Notes under the pieces: generated by a model
The model's database searches: none
What the model was told of the DNA's origin: nothing
What the model saw: the letters and a program-made list of their open reading frames with translations, nothing else
Position numbers and translations under genes: made by a program
In this document: one piece after another, positions 23,373 to 36,814 of the stretch
Numbering within the stretch: position 1 is the first letter of the stretch
Layout: each line of letters begins with the position of its first letter
Source of the DNA: Vicugna vicugna
Taxonomy: Eukaryota
Reading direction: 5' to 3'
Assembly (NCBI GenBank): GCA_013265495.1
Contig: MU058781.1
Coordinates: 9,281,009 to 9,345,008 of the forward strand
DNA length: 64,000 bases

Positions 23373-26300
23373 AATCTTGACTTTTGTCATTATTATGCCC
23401 AGAGCCTAAGACTGGGAGGGCCCTACGGTGTGGAGAAACTACACCATCTGCCTTAGCTTTGAAACAAGTGAGTTCTCAGGGAAGTCTGTTAAATGCCACC
23501 TTGTTGAGGAATACGGAGTTCCCCTTGGCGGATTTGGCAGGCCCTAACCCTGAAATGATGGCATCAGCTGAGTGTGTGTCAACATCTACATGCTTTTTAG
23601 GAATTTTCTGAGTTTGCATCATTTAAGTCAACGCCCTTTGTCTTGAAATTTTCAAAAGAGGAGAAGGGAGGGGCAGCGTGGACAGAGTTCTTTACAGGTG
23701 GAACCAGCTGGCTGATCCTTTTTTAACATGCTCCTAAAGCTGCTTTCTTCTTCACTTTCCCATAGGTACCATCTAGCAGTGGCTAGAATTGCTTCCCACA
23801 GATGAAGAACAAATAAGCCTGTTAAATTATCAATATATGCTAGAGGACAAAGGTTATAAAATATAAAAGTTGTCTGAATTTTTTCCTCAAAAGCAGAAAA
23901 GTTCACGTGGTGCTAAAATAATCCGTTTTGTGCCATGACCAACATGGTTATTCATGTCAGTGAAACAGCAGTAATAGGGGTGACCTGGAGAAGCTGGCTC
24001 CGGAAGGACTAAGAGGAAAGCTCTCCCCACCCCCACCTGCAATCCGAGAAACAGCACGCATTCAGCTTGTGGAGACATATTTTTTATAGTCATCAGGTGC
24101 AGGGTTATTGAGACCGGTATGCAAGCAGAAAAACTTGGATTTCCTAAGACCCATTAGTATTTGGTTTGGAACCTGCAACTTGCAAAAGAGCACTATTTCC
24201 TGTTTACTTTGAGGGTTAACAATTGCCATTAACTAACAAAACACATCTTCACTTCCAAATGTTCATTAAAAATGTGTGCTTTATATGTCTTCTCTTTTTT
24301 TTTCCCCTCAACACTGGCGAGGAGGGGGTTAATAAGCAGCCATCTGTGGAATAACCCTTTAATCATTAGGACGTTCTTGTACGCAAGGAAGTCTCCTTCG
24401 TCCTGGAATATACAGCTGGAAGATTTTTGGAGCCTGTAGTCCCAAAACAAGCAGTTTTTTTGTTCAATGAAAAGCAGTAATTCCCTCCTCCAAAATAATA
24501 CAATTATTGTGTTTCAATATTAATTTCACTCTTTAAAGATCATTTTAACTACTAGTCTCTCATGTATTCCCTGATATATTTAGTTCTACTTGCATTTGTG
24601 TCCTGCAATTGTAATACCTAATTTAAAAAAAAAAAAACCTTCAAGACTGGTGTCTTAAGTCTCTTCAAAGACCTTTGCAAAAGGAGGAAGGACTCATCTA
24701 TCAAGTGTTTACATATAATTTTTGTTCACTGTTTAGTTTTTTCAGATTCAAAGTGTCAAAACCTTGATGTAAATGAAGACTATATGGTGCAATTTTTAAA
24801 GTATATTTCATTTTGTAGGATTCTCCTGCTAGAACTCTATTTTTTCTCCCTTGGCTTTCTCTGTAAGGGCAGATGCTTTAACTATTTTAAGAATTTTGAT
24901 AACATTGTTTTACAAACAAAAGCTTAAATGAAGTGCATGTCCTTCCCAGGAGGTGACAGAGTAAATGTAAGGAATGTTTTTTGTACTTTCTTTCCTCTGA
25001 ATCAATTTTGATTCATAGGGGTACTTATGTGGTAGGTAGTACCAGGCATAATAAACTTGAGAAACAATTTAGTATGACTTTTTCTTTCAGATCATTTGGA
25101 TCAATAAAAAAGAATAAATTTTAGACTTTAAGAATAACAAGCCATTTTTCTTTCAAGATTCTGCTCTGGCCCTGGGCTCCATAAGAAATGTGAATCCGTA
25201 ATACTTGCTTAAGCAAGTTTTGTCCATTCCTAGTTGAATACCTTAAGTGCCAAGAAAAAAATGTAAGCTGGTAGGATGGGCTGAGTACCTCAAAAGGCTT
25301 CCTGGATTCTGTGTTCACATTGCTGGGGGGCGGGGTTGCTGGAGGCATTAAGAGATTCTGAAAAAAGTGAGAAAGCGAAGGGCTGGGAAGCAGACATCCA
25401 CATTTACTATTTCCTGTGTTTGTAGGGTACCCACAAATCAAAAAAGTGGTTTGCATAATAATGTTAGGGTTTGGACTATTTAATCATAAATTTAAAATGA
25501 TTTCTTTTAAAGGTGCATCTGGATAGATCCATATGTCAAGAAAAGGCTAAGAATTCTGGTAAGAATACAAATCCATCTTACCCATTTGGATTTCTAAGGG
25601 TGGAAGGTTGGTATGCTTTGTTTTTCTTTCTGGTAGTTTTTGTTTTATGCCTTTTTTTTTTCCTTTTAGGCCTATAGTACAATATCTCTTTAACCCATAT
25701 TTATTAACATTTACCCTACCCCTCCAATTCTCCTGGAAAATTCTCTCCACATGCATTTCCAGATCTTCACTCTGGCTGTCATTTGAAAGCCCAAGTGGAG
25801 AGGAGGGTCGGGAGGGATGCAATTCAGGCATCAGCATGGTGTTCAGACCCTTCTGAAAACCCACCAGATTCCCCCTTGCCCAGCATGCAGCACAAAATGC
25901 ACATGTTGCCATTCCGGGCCCTGCACACAATGATTTTAGCCCATCTTCCAGTTCTCCAAAACTCTTAAACATAGCCAAACCCATCTCTCCCATCAGACTG
26001 GGATTCTTGGAAGACAGGAACGAGGTCTTAAATACTTAAGTTTCCCCAAATTTGCCATCTCTGTTTCATTGTGTAATATAAATATTTGATTGTTACTTGT
26101 TGACTTTACATTGACGTTGTTTCAGTGGCGCTTTAAGAGCTTCCAAAAATGCTTTTGCGTGTTAGGCTGTATTTTAGCTGTAGGAAGGGGGAGCCTGGGA
26201 TTTGTTGAAAGCCTGGGTCATGGTGCTGCCTCTTAGACCCACTAGCTGTAAAGGACATTGGTCACTGTTCTCAGCCTCTTGATGCCTCAGTGTTCTAAAT

Positions 26301-29300
26301 TGTTGACTAGGAAGAATGCTATGTGACATACAAAGCTGTTGCGAGAATCTAGTGGAATGACACATGTGGCCTTCCTGGCATGGTGCCTGGCTGCCTCTGT
26401 GGGCTCCTGAATGCTAGGTCCTTACCTCACGGGTTGTTCTAAAAAGATAACACATGTTCCAGCCTAGCATAGTGCAAGCGATACAGAAGATACTGTGTTC
26501 TTGACAGTAAATCCCCTGAATTGGTACCTCTCGGTCTGGTACATGAACCCTCACGTTGCAGAATTACCCCGAGATTCTTGTTACGGGCAGAGATTATAAA
26601 GATGATCAGATTGTGGGGCTGGGGATCTCCTGAGTCCCCCATACGATGCTCACTGAAGTTAGAGAATCACTGCTTCCGTGAGAGTTTGCTTTAGCATTTT
26701 CTCCTAATAAACATGAAGCAAGGGTTTAGGAGTCCCTTTTGTTCGATGGAAAAGTGGAATTAAGTGGTTCAGTGAGGTCAAAAGAGAGAGAAAAGGCCCA
26801 GGAACCCCTTGGCTTGAGCCCTGGTTCTGATTTCCATAAACAGATGTCTTTCCTCCTCGGGTCATGCAGATGGAGACTTAGCCCAGGCCTCAGGCCGTGG
26901 AGGAGGATTGGCAGGCCTCTGACTTCCTGTCCGTTTCCCAGGGACACCCTTCAGTCTCCCTGGTTGAAAGGGTGAGTGTCCCCGATTATCTGCATGTGCG
27001 TCCATTTTCCAGGTCAACAGACGCGCTAAAATAAAAGATGAAGTCAGGGACTGAGTTTTGGAGGAAATAACTGAGGCAGAACAGAAAAGGAGCGATATAA
27101 ATACGGTGAGTGGAACTTCTGCTATGTTATCTGAAAGTGAGATAATTGGAAATTATTCAGAGGAGCATACTCAGTCTGTATAGAGAGGGCAGCAGCCTAC
27201 CCATTATATCCTAATGAGATTGACCGTTGGCTACAGTTAACTTGAAGGGTTTTATGGTTTCCTGCATGTGTTGTTTTCCTTCTCAATGTTAAACAGAAGA
27301 AGAAGAAAAAAAAAAAAAGCCTCGCATCACCAAACGGTATTTCCCAGGGGGCTGTTGGACCAGGCTGCTGCAGTTTGGTTTGTGCCTTGGTTAGCAATGC
27401 ACCTTCATGTGTGTGTATCTGTGGATCCAGGTGATAATAAATTTAGCCCATTTTGTTTTCTTCTGACAGGTTCAATGCAGGGCAGTTGGTTTATGGAGTA
27501 CTGCCAAACAGGCCAGGCCTAAGTCAAGTCAGGGCAGGAAGCTTCACGTTTGGGCCTTCCTTTACCCTGCGGATGTGTTCTCCGAGGACCACGTTGTAAC
27601 TCGCTGGTGTCTCAGTACACAAAAGTGCTCTGTATCTTTGCATCACACGCAGGACATTCAAATGATATTCCATTTGAGGTGTTTATTTTTAAAGGATAGG
27701 ATGTAAGAGAAGAAACAAATATCATATTTATCATCATTTAGCCTGGTTGGTTCTTTAGATATCTACCCCCAAATAGAGTTCTTTGGACTGGTTCTTGGAC
27801 AACTAACGAATGTGCTGTTTCCTTTCACAATGTGCAGCTAAAAGATGGGAGGCAAATGAAAACACTGAGGGTTATCTTTAGGGGGCTCTCCATACGCTGA
27901 ATGCCCTGCGGTGTAGCATGACGATTGGCTGAAGTGTATGGTGCCTGTAACTGCTTTTATGAAAGCTGGGCAGCCAGGCCCTGTTTAACAGTCAGTTAGC
28001 TCCTGTTGTACGTGTGGTTAATTACCACTCTCTCACCAGGGCTTGTCCTAACTTCCCCAGCTCCAACACCTAAAACCTGTGAAAACGGTCTCTTCTGGGA
28101 CTCCTGACCTTCAGCCTTGGCCTCTGCTTTCTTCTTCCCCTTTCCCACACTCCCGATGTGGGCCTTTTATCTCTCTTGTTTGCCAATCCTCTGAGGCTTT
28201 GAATAATTTATGTGAAGTTCCTGGGAAGTGGTGGGGCCCTAGTCTTAAAACACATTGCACTTTGTTCCTCCCCTGGCAGAAGCAGGTCCAGGAGCCTGTG
28301 TCTGAAAGAGGTGATGCTTAGGACATTTGGCGATTTGCTGACTTCTCATTTTTCGGTGAGCACCCAATGAATCCAAAAGTTGGAGGGGAAAAAAAACTAG
28401 GATAGGGGGCAGGGAGGTGTCGCTGAAGGTGAAAAGTTCTTTGCTTTTCCCAAATACTCTTTGAAAGAATGTCTCTTAAGATTCTAATAGGTGTTCTGTG
28501 AACAAATATCTTGTGGTCAAGTAAATTAAATGCTGGTTAAGAAGATTTTCAGTTTCGATTGTCATAACGATGTCTGTTTGTTCATATCTGTGCAAACATG
28601 TGAGAGATTTTCTTGACCAGCTTCTAGGAATGAAATTGCTAAATCTTAGCGTTAACAGACATCGGCTTGTGACAGGTTTTCCACCCTGGAGCTGGTTCAG
28701 TGTAAAGTGGGTGGGTGTTGGGGAGAAAAATTAGTGATAGGTCTAAGTGAACTAAGATTAAAAATTAAAGTAGACTTTGAAACAAATCATTTTACACCTC
28801 CCCCCACCCCCAGAGTATGAATAGATTATTTTAGCATGTAAAATGGGGCATCGCAAATCACTGTGAGATGATTTTCCTATCCCAAGTCTCTGATAACATA
28901 CCTGATTTTAAAAAGAGAACAATGACGGACATAGCCCTTGACCCCCACGTGGTGACAAAGCAGAGGGATTTTGTGACAACTGAAATGTACATGAGGACAG
29001 AGATTACCTCCTTCTGGTCATTTTTCTTCTTCTGTTAGAATTCACCAGGCTCCTGTGTAACTGGCTCTACTTTTTTTTTAGGCCCTGTGATTGCAAGAAA
29101 CAGACTCACTCGACTAACTTAAAATCAGGGGGCTTTATTGCAGAGAAAAGCATGACTGTCAGGGAACTAGAAATTTCGTGAGAGTTCTGAGAGAAACATC
29201 ATTCAAGATCCAGGGCTCTAGGGAACAGGTTCATTATTTGCCCAATTTAACATCAAGACCGAGAAAATATTATTACTGATCAGATATTCTCTTGGTTTTC

Positions 29301-32300
29301 CTACATGTCTTAACTCTCTCCCAACTCCAGTTTCTTGATTCTTTTCTCCATATTTGTTCCTTCAAATTCCATTTTAAGACAGGACTTCGCATACCCAATT
29401 ATGTCATCTATCACTTGCCAGGCGGCCAGTTGGCTGTTTCTGGGTTTCGTGCTCACTGCTGAGCCAATTGTTGAGTGTCTACCCACTGATGAGTTGAGTA
29501 TATTCTTCACTCTCCCATCCTTCTTTTTTAACCTTTGCTCCTGGGGTCTGAACGCCCTCCTACTCCCACCTGTGTTCCTCTGAGGTCTCCCTGTCCTCCC
29601 GGAGGGCAAGCCCAACACCCATGGAGCATACGCCTTTCCTCCCCTGCCGTCCACAATATCGTCACTTGAAACAGCTCGGTTTTTATCTATTTAATAGAAT
29701 GATTTTTTCCCCTTATAGCTTTAATTTTGTCACCAATGCTCAGAGGTACAAACACAGGGATTAAGTATACCACATCCTAAAGAGAGTGCCCAACATTGGA
29801 GGTCAGACAGCCCCTACGCCAGTCATCCAGAGCAGAATGGATCTTGATATAATCAGCCTTCTCTTTCTCACCCCACCCACCAAGTCCGAAGAAGATGACT
29901 GGGGAAAAGGAAGGAAAAGAATTGAGTCCAGAAACACCCTTGAGGGGAGCACAGTAGACCCTCACCCTGTTGTGTTTGGTCATACGCTTAGGCAACTGAG
30001 TTGCTGCACCAGAGAGAGAGTTAGAGAGAGAGACATGGAGAGAGAGAAAGGGAGGGAGACAGAGGGAGAGGGAGGGAGGGAGAGGGCCTGGAGGGGCTTG
30101 TTGACTTTGCTTTCTACCATTTGACACAGAAAGGACGTGACTTTGCACAAGTCAAATACACTAAAGTAGGAATCTGAGAAGCCAGTAGGGAGTACTTTGG
30201 AGAGCAGGGATTAGAGAAGTAAGGAAGACTCCAAGCTGGAATCCTCCAAGACAAGGGAGGGAAGGGGCTTGTCATCAGAAGAACCCACATACATGCCCTT
30301 GGGAAAACCAGCATTTGGATGCCCACTGCTCAGAAGGCCATCAGTGAACAGTAGGTGTTCACTGGAGATCAACACAAAGAGACAGGGCGACAGCTCTCGC
30401 CAGGTCAGTACAGGGATGTCCATACCATTCTCTCCCCTGCTCCCTCCCCTCATCACACTGGAGGAGTTAATGTTTTGATGTGGCACAGGGAGACAGTATT
30501 TTTCCACTCTGAGCTGCTGAAGTTGACTCTGAAGAGGAGAGAAGAGAGGAGATTTAAGTCAAGTTTGAGGGTAAATGTAAAAACTGTATTAGCTTTTTAA
30601 GAACTGGAAATGACCAACAAGTTATGGACCACACCACAGTGTCATTAGATGCTCTATTTTTCTTTCTTTCCTGCACCAGATGCCAGTCTTATCACACTAT
30701 ATCCTGCGAGGGAAATGGCCCGTGTGACAAACTGGCAAAACATGTTTTGGGATGGTGTAAGGCTACTTTATATAATCGGAAAGGGGGTCCACCCTGTCTA
30801 GTCCTCATAAAGCCCAAGGGTCACTACCTTCCTTTTCTTTCCCCTTTACACAGATGTGCTCAAAGAAACCTACATATAGACACACAACCAGAACAGTTCC
30901 TCTTTTATCTGCTTTACATAAAAAATTTTGCTCAAAAGTTGAAAAAAAAAATACACCACTGCTTTAGGATATGATCATAGCGTTTTAAACTTTTTAGGCA
31001 ACGATATTGGAGAGGCCATCTGGCCCATTGCCTTACACTGATCCTTACTTTGCTTTACAAAAATCCTCCACCTAACCCTGGAAAGCAGTCCATGCCCCCA
31101 AATTAACTATTACCAAAATTGTTATTAAAAATCCCTGTCCCCTCAAAACAAGATAAAACCCAGTGTCTTTCCTTGAGGACCACTGTCAGGTAGGCGTGAG
31201 AAGAACATCAATATGGTTGAAACTTTTTAATGAAATGATGCTCAGTCTCTTAACTGCTAGACTTGTTTACATTTTAAAAAGGAAAATGCTGAGTTCAGTA
31301 AAGCCATTTATTTGTGGAAGGGTGAGTAGTTTGACAAAATGAAGTGAGAAAACTCAGGAAATGTGGGCGATTTCTTGAGCTGTAGAAATTTAGTCATCGG
31401 TCACCATTTGGGCAGACCCGCTGGTAGCAGGTCTGCCAGAGGGTTGATTCCTCTAAGTCGTTTCCACTTCTCCCAGTGAATTCCCCTTCCCCTTCCAAAC
31501 TCACATGCTCTCTAAAAGAGTGGGAGGGTGTTAAGAGCAGCATGCAAATGTTATAGGTTCAAATATGACTGACAAAATTGGCTAATTTCTCAATAAACCA
31601 CAGGCATTTTATGAATGAAACGTAGCCTCAAAGTTTTAGGGAGTAGAAAAATCCAAGATATCCCCAGTTCTTCCAAGTCCATTTGTAGGAAGACAGATAT
31701 TTGCAGACTAGGACTGCCAATTGCTTTCCCCTTTGGCTACGATTAACTGCAGCCTTAACAATCGTGGAACATTTAAAAACTAAACCCAATAAAAGATCAC
31801 TGAAACCCTTCATTTCTAGCTCTTCCTCGTGTAAGAGGCTGGGGACCACTGTGGTTCTGTAACCTGTACGCGTTCATCACAGTCAGCGGAGGCCCTCCCC
31901 ATCTCCTACCCTGGGATTCCTGCATGGCCTGGTCCCTTGGGAGGGAGCTCTTTTCTCTCCATCTCTGTGCCATCTCTAATTCACGTTGGTCCATCTGGAA
32001 GTAATATTACCCAGGAGTTTATATCCCGAGCCTGGCTCTCCACAAGTGACTGCATGTTTCCTGAAACCAACTATTGGCAGCTGTTACAGAGGCATTTTCT
32101 GCTTTTTAGATACCTATAATTACACCAATTATGCCAATCATTGATGTTTATAAAGGATTTAAAATTTTACACACCCAGAGGGGTTGATCAGAAAGCAGCA
32201 TCTGAGGCAGAGGGACTTCCCCAGAGGGTCCCGTTTGGCCATTACACTTGCCGCCGGGTGTCCCTTACACTGAGCATCGCAGAGTAAGTAGGGCTGCTCA

Positions 32301-32700
32301 TGCACCTGTATGTCCTAGGCTGGTTGATCCCATCACTGGAATAAAAGTCTGTTTGCTTAAGGACCACAGAACTCAATCTAACTTTTATTTTCCAAGGAAA
32401 GAGCACTGTCTCCAAGTTAATGAAATCAAGTTCTTTGACCCCAAACCCTCCAAACCACAACAGGAGGATGCGATGGTTGGCATTCCTGTGTCCCAAGGTC
32501 CACTTTAGATGCAATAAAAGGCTAGACAAGGACCATTTAGGCAGGATGCTGAGCCGGAGGCAGACAGCCATCCTGGCAGTGCCCAGCGGAGCCACACTAG
32601 AGCCTGGGGCAAAGGGAAAATAGGGTCGTACTGATCCTATATTTAAAATTTTGATACTTGGTTCATCATGGATTTTTTTTTGCATTGATTTTGATTTTTT

Positions 32701-32823
32701 TTAATTTTTATTTTTTTGGTGGGGGGAGGTAATTAGGTTTATTTATTCTTAGAGAAGGTACTGGGGATTGAACCCAGGACCTCATGCATGCTAAGTATGT
32801 ACTTTACCACTTATGCCCTCCCT
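32701..32823 (-). mobile_element. tRNA-Ala-derived SINE (Vic-1-like), antisense
   Basis: GGGGGGAGGTAATTAGGTTTATTTA...GGTACTGGGGATTGAACCCAGGACCTCATGCATGCTAAG is the reverse complement of the copies at 1402 and 46440. Box A is partly deleted. Confidence 0.88.
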
Positions 32824-32826
32824 TCC

Positions 32827-33039
32827 TTTTTAAAAAATTTTAATTGAAGTGTAGTTGATTTACAACATTAGTTTCAGGTAGGCAGCAAAGTGACTCAGTT
32901 ATACATACACATACATATGTATTTTCTTTTCAGATTCTTTTCCATTATATGTTGTTATAAGAAATTGAATATAGTTCCCTGTGCTATACCGTAGGTCCTT
33001 GTTGTTTATCTATGTTGTTATATATAGTCATGTGTGTGC
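32827..33039 (-). mobile_element. 5'-truncated L1 3' end (cetartiodactyl type), antisense
   Basis: AATTGAAGTGTAGTTGATTTACAA...CAGCAAAGTGACTCAGTTATACAT...GTTCCCTGTGCTATACCGTAGGTCCTTGTTG. Confidence 0.8.
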
Positions 33040-33334
33040 TGACTTTGATTTTTTAAAAAATACTTCATTAAGACATTATTTATCTTGATTACAGAGTTTT
33101 TTGGGTCCCCTGTAAACTTTGCACCCCGGGTGAGCACCTTCCTTGCTTCCCCCTTGTCCTTGCCCTGGGTTCCCTAGTGCAGGTTTGGTGTGTATGGTTT
33201 CCTGGCTTGGTGACTGGTCCTTCTATCTGAGTCCTTTTCATATGCTTTTATGTGCAATTTATGTTTTTGCCATTTGCCCAGCTGGCAGCTGGGCAGAATT
33301 TAACTATTTTTATTTGAGTTCTTGATACATTCGA

Positions 33335-33520
33335 ATGGTTGTCCTTCATTGTTAGTATTTGTAAGGATCGTCTGGGATGTTTGTTAAAAACACAGATTTC
33401 TAGACCTCTTGCCCAGTTTGGATTTCCTGTGCCAAGGTGGAATTTGGATTTCTGCCTATCTGCGTTTTGAAATGAAAATGTTTCTAATGTAGGTGGTTTA
33501 CAAACCACATTTGTCTAAAA
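33335..33520. mobile_element. MER5-like hAT remnant
   Basis: CTGGGATGTTTGTTAAAAACACAGATTTCTAGACC...CTGCGTTTT...GTAGGTGGTTTACAAACCACATTTG. Confidence 0.45.
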
Positions 33521-35689
33521 GCCACTTTGCAGGGGGTAGTTGTATTTTGCAGGTTATGCCCTGTTCCATCAGGGCAACAGGGCTTACTGGGGACTGGCAG
33601 CCGCCTATGGAACAGTCGCCAAAAAGGTAACAGTAACAGAGTTACTCTCCACGCCAGCCCAGAGCCAGAAACTTCTGTTATAACAGGCTGTTAGCCATCT
33701 CCCACAGGTAGGATTGTCTGATAATTCAGCAGACATTAAATAAAACAACACATGTGTAAGCACTTAATATCTAAAAGCAGCTCACAAATGCAAGGAGTTA
33801 TTGTTATTACCTTTATTCAGTGTTTTTAGAGACACTTAAAACATTGCACAAAAAGTTACATTCCTTTATAAATCCCCATCCTGCCAAATTCTCTAAATTG
33901 AATAGGATTATCCCCTAATGGAATGCTTTCACAGTATTTCTCCAATCGAGGTCCTAGGACTACCTCTTTATTGTGCAATCCGCAGATCAAAAGGTGGATT
34001 TTCCTGAAAATGTTACCTGAAGCTCCCCGCAAATGCTTTGTCCCAGCCTCGGGCACTTGGGGAAAGATGCAGCAGGATCTAAATCAAGATGGGAAGCCCT
34101 TCACAGCGACAGGAGTGGACACACGGTTACTGGGGAGCCTCTATGCATTGGCATGGATTCCCTACGGCACTCAGTTCTCCCACAGCTGGCAGGGACTTCA
34201 CCCAGGGTCAGCGGGGGCAGGAAGTAGGACCCCGGAACAGAGCACTGAACCACCGCCCTGCGGCTGGCACTGCTCCAGGCTGTGCTCCTGCCGAACTCCC
34301 TTCCTCTCCAGGGTAACATTCCTGACCCTCTTATCAATCCTTCTCCCCTAGACTGCTTTTCAGGTAATCCCCCATCTCTGTTCTCTGCTGGACATTTCAT
34401 ATTTGTAAAGGGCCTTTGAAGACGGAGGACCCCCATCTTGCAGCATAAATCCAGTGTCATGTGTCGGGCTGGCCCCAAACCTTCCTAAAGTCACCCCATC
34501 TTCTGGGAGCGTGCCCACACTGCCGTAGTCTCTGAGTTTCCTGCCCTCCACAGTGTGGACTTCCTCTTGTGTGGTTGCTAAGCCTCAACATCCTTATCTG
34601 ATTGTTGTGGGACCTGCAGTGTATCCCACTAGAATTTTATTTTAGAGTAGCATTGGCTGGTGTAGAATGATTTCGATCCCATTTCTTCAATGGTACACAA
34701 GCACTGACCTCAACTCTTTTCACTATCCCACACTGGCTGTGGTGAGGCATGATCTGTGTTTGGGATTCTCTGTTATCTTTCTGGAACAAGATTGGCCCAG
34801 GCATCTGGTTTGGCGAGTCCCACAAGGAAGGGAAAGAATGAAGTGCCTCCTTAAGGAAGGGCAGAAGCGGAAAAGATCTCTGCCCTCATCTGCGATATGC
34901 TCTGCTGTAAAAAGTGGCCGTCTAGTTCTCATGATTTCTGCTTTACTTTTTCAGGAGGTAGAAAGCTTTTTCATGTCCTGACTTTCTCTTCTCGGGGGAG
35001 GTGGGGAGCAGGGAGAGGGCAAGAGCTGGGATGAGAGGTGTGGAGGAGGGTGGAGAGGGAGTCAAGCCTGGGAATTATCAGAAAGATATCAGTGGATTTT
35101 TTTTTATGTTTGGAAGTTCACAGGGTGAAGTTAAAGGCAAATCTGCTTCCTTTGTCCACATTCTTTACACACGCACACACACACACATTCAGTCCCTTAT
35201 GCCTGTTTCTACCACCATTCTCCTGTTCATTGCTTAGAAGAGGAGGTGATTTTTTGAAGGACATTTGATCCACCTAATGGAAGAGGAAGCAAACGGGGAG
35301 ATGAGATCAGGGGGATTTCTGGGAAAGAAGGCGTGAAACACAAGGGACAAAAGAGTGAGTCATCAGGCCAGAAGCAATCAGGAGAGACCATCTGGCTCAG
35401 GGTTTCCCAGTTGTTTTGTTTTGTTTTGTTTTGTTTCAGGGATATTTGCAAATTTTTGCATTGGTTAATAATTACCTGCTTTGCTGCCTTTAGGAGGTGG
35501 GGATGGTATGTTTATTTTTTTCATTACGTCTGGCAGTGAACATTTGTGCAGAGATTGAGGTAGGGCAGTATATTTTGCCTTAGTCTTCCGAAATGGGCCT
35601 TTGAAAAAATATATCTGATTAATAATGAAAAGGAGAAGCAAAGGTGAAATAAGGAGGCGAACACCGGTTCACCCTTTTTCTGGGTGGGA

Positions 35690-36110
35690 AAGTGGGAAAT
35701 CTCCTTTCCCACTGTTGTGGCTGCAAGTGGCAGACACTTAATTCTCGGCCTCCCGTTGGGCGGGACCCACCGGGTGTCCCAGGAGATGAGCTGAGGGAAA
35801 GGCTGCAGGGCAGGGGAGCAGGGTGTCTGAGAAGGATTTTCTTGCCGGATGATGAGCGTGAGGCCTTTGATGAGTGCCTGTTCCTGTTTCCTTCCTGCTT
35901 GGAGCAGCTGCAGTAGCTTATCCTGTGGCCATGAGGGAAAAACCCAAGAGAATCGTGGAAACGCTGACCCGGAGCCATGACTCGGTGAACTGTGGAACCA
36001 GTTCAAGAATGGCACCACTGAACTTCTTGTTATGTAGGGAAAATAAATTCACGTTGACAAAGACGCTCTTAGCCAAGTGGTCTGTAGCTGGCAAAATCTT
36101 ACCTGATAAC
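35690..36110 (+). mobile_element. Old MaLR LTR (MLT1K/L-like)
   Basis: GGCCATGAGGGAAAAACCCAAGAGAATCG...ACTTCTTGTTATGTAGGGAAAATAAA. Confidence 0.5.
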
Positions 36111-36750
36111 AGATAGAGAAAACCATTTTCATGCAGAAAATATTGACTGGCTTGCTTGAAAGCAAATGAAATGACTACTAAACAGCTACCACCACTCAGA
36201 GCATCAGCATTTGTGGAGCACTGTGTATATTTGTGTTTTATGTCTATTGTTTCATTTAATACCAGCCCTTTGAGATAGTTATTATTATAGAGAAGGAAAT
36301 AATTCAGTTGCCCCAGGTCTAATAAGTGGAACTGAACCTGTGTAATTCCACAACTGACCCTCTTTTCCATTAGGCATAGGACAGAAATTTTAAAGTATGG
36401 CATATATTTTAAGGTAATTTCTAGAAAACAGTTATCTGTGTTGTTCACTCATAATAGCATTCATTTAACCATCACATTTACATTGATCAACATGTCCATT
36501 TTTACAGTCATTTTTGAATAGCAGTTTAATTAGAATTCCTTTTGCAAGACTGTCCAATATCTGAAGCCATAAAAGCTTGCCAAGAATGAAATCACAAAAG
36601 AAAACAAAAGGCACTTCGGAAGAATCGTCAAATGACGAGTTTGAAAGCGACTTGGAGGATACCATGTGACTTTGTGAAATGTTTTGCTGAAATCAGAATT
36701 TACCTTAAATACAATATTCATATCTTCCAGATTAGTAGCCCCTAGCTAAA

Positions 36751-36751
36751 A

Positions 36752-36795
<44 letters not shown>

Positions 36796-36814
36796 GAAGA
36801 AAGAAAGAAAGAAA
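36751..36814 (+). repeat. (AAAG)n tetranucleotide microsatellite
   Basis: 11 perfect AAAG units (36751-36794), an interruption, then further GAAA units. Confidence 0.95.

Larger units (their letters stand above)
32577..33167 (-). mobile_element. hAT DNA transposon (MER96B-like), split by an L1/SINE insertion
   Basis: Left half CAGTGCCCAGC...ACTGATCCT...AAAATTTTGATA...TTCATCATGGATTTTTT. Right half TTATTTATCTTGATTAC...TTTGCACCC...GCCCTG. Termini CAG...CTG. Confidence 0.7.
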
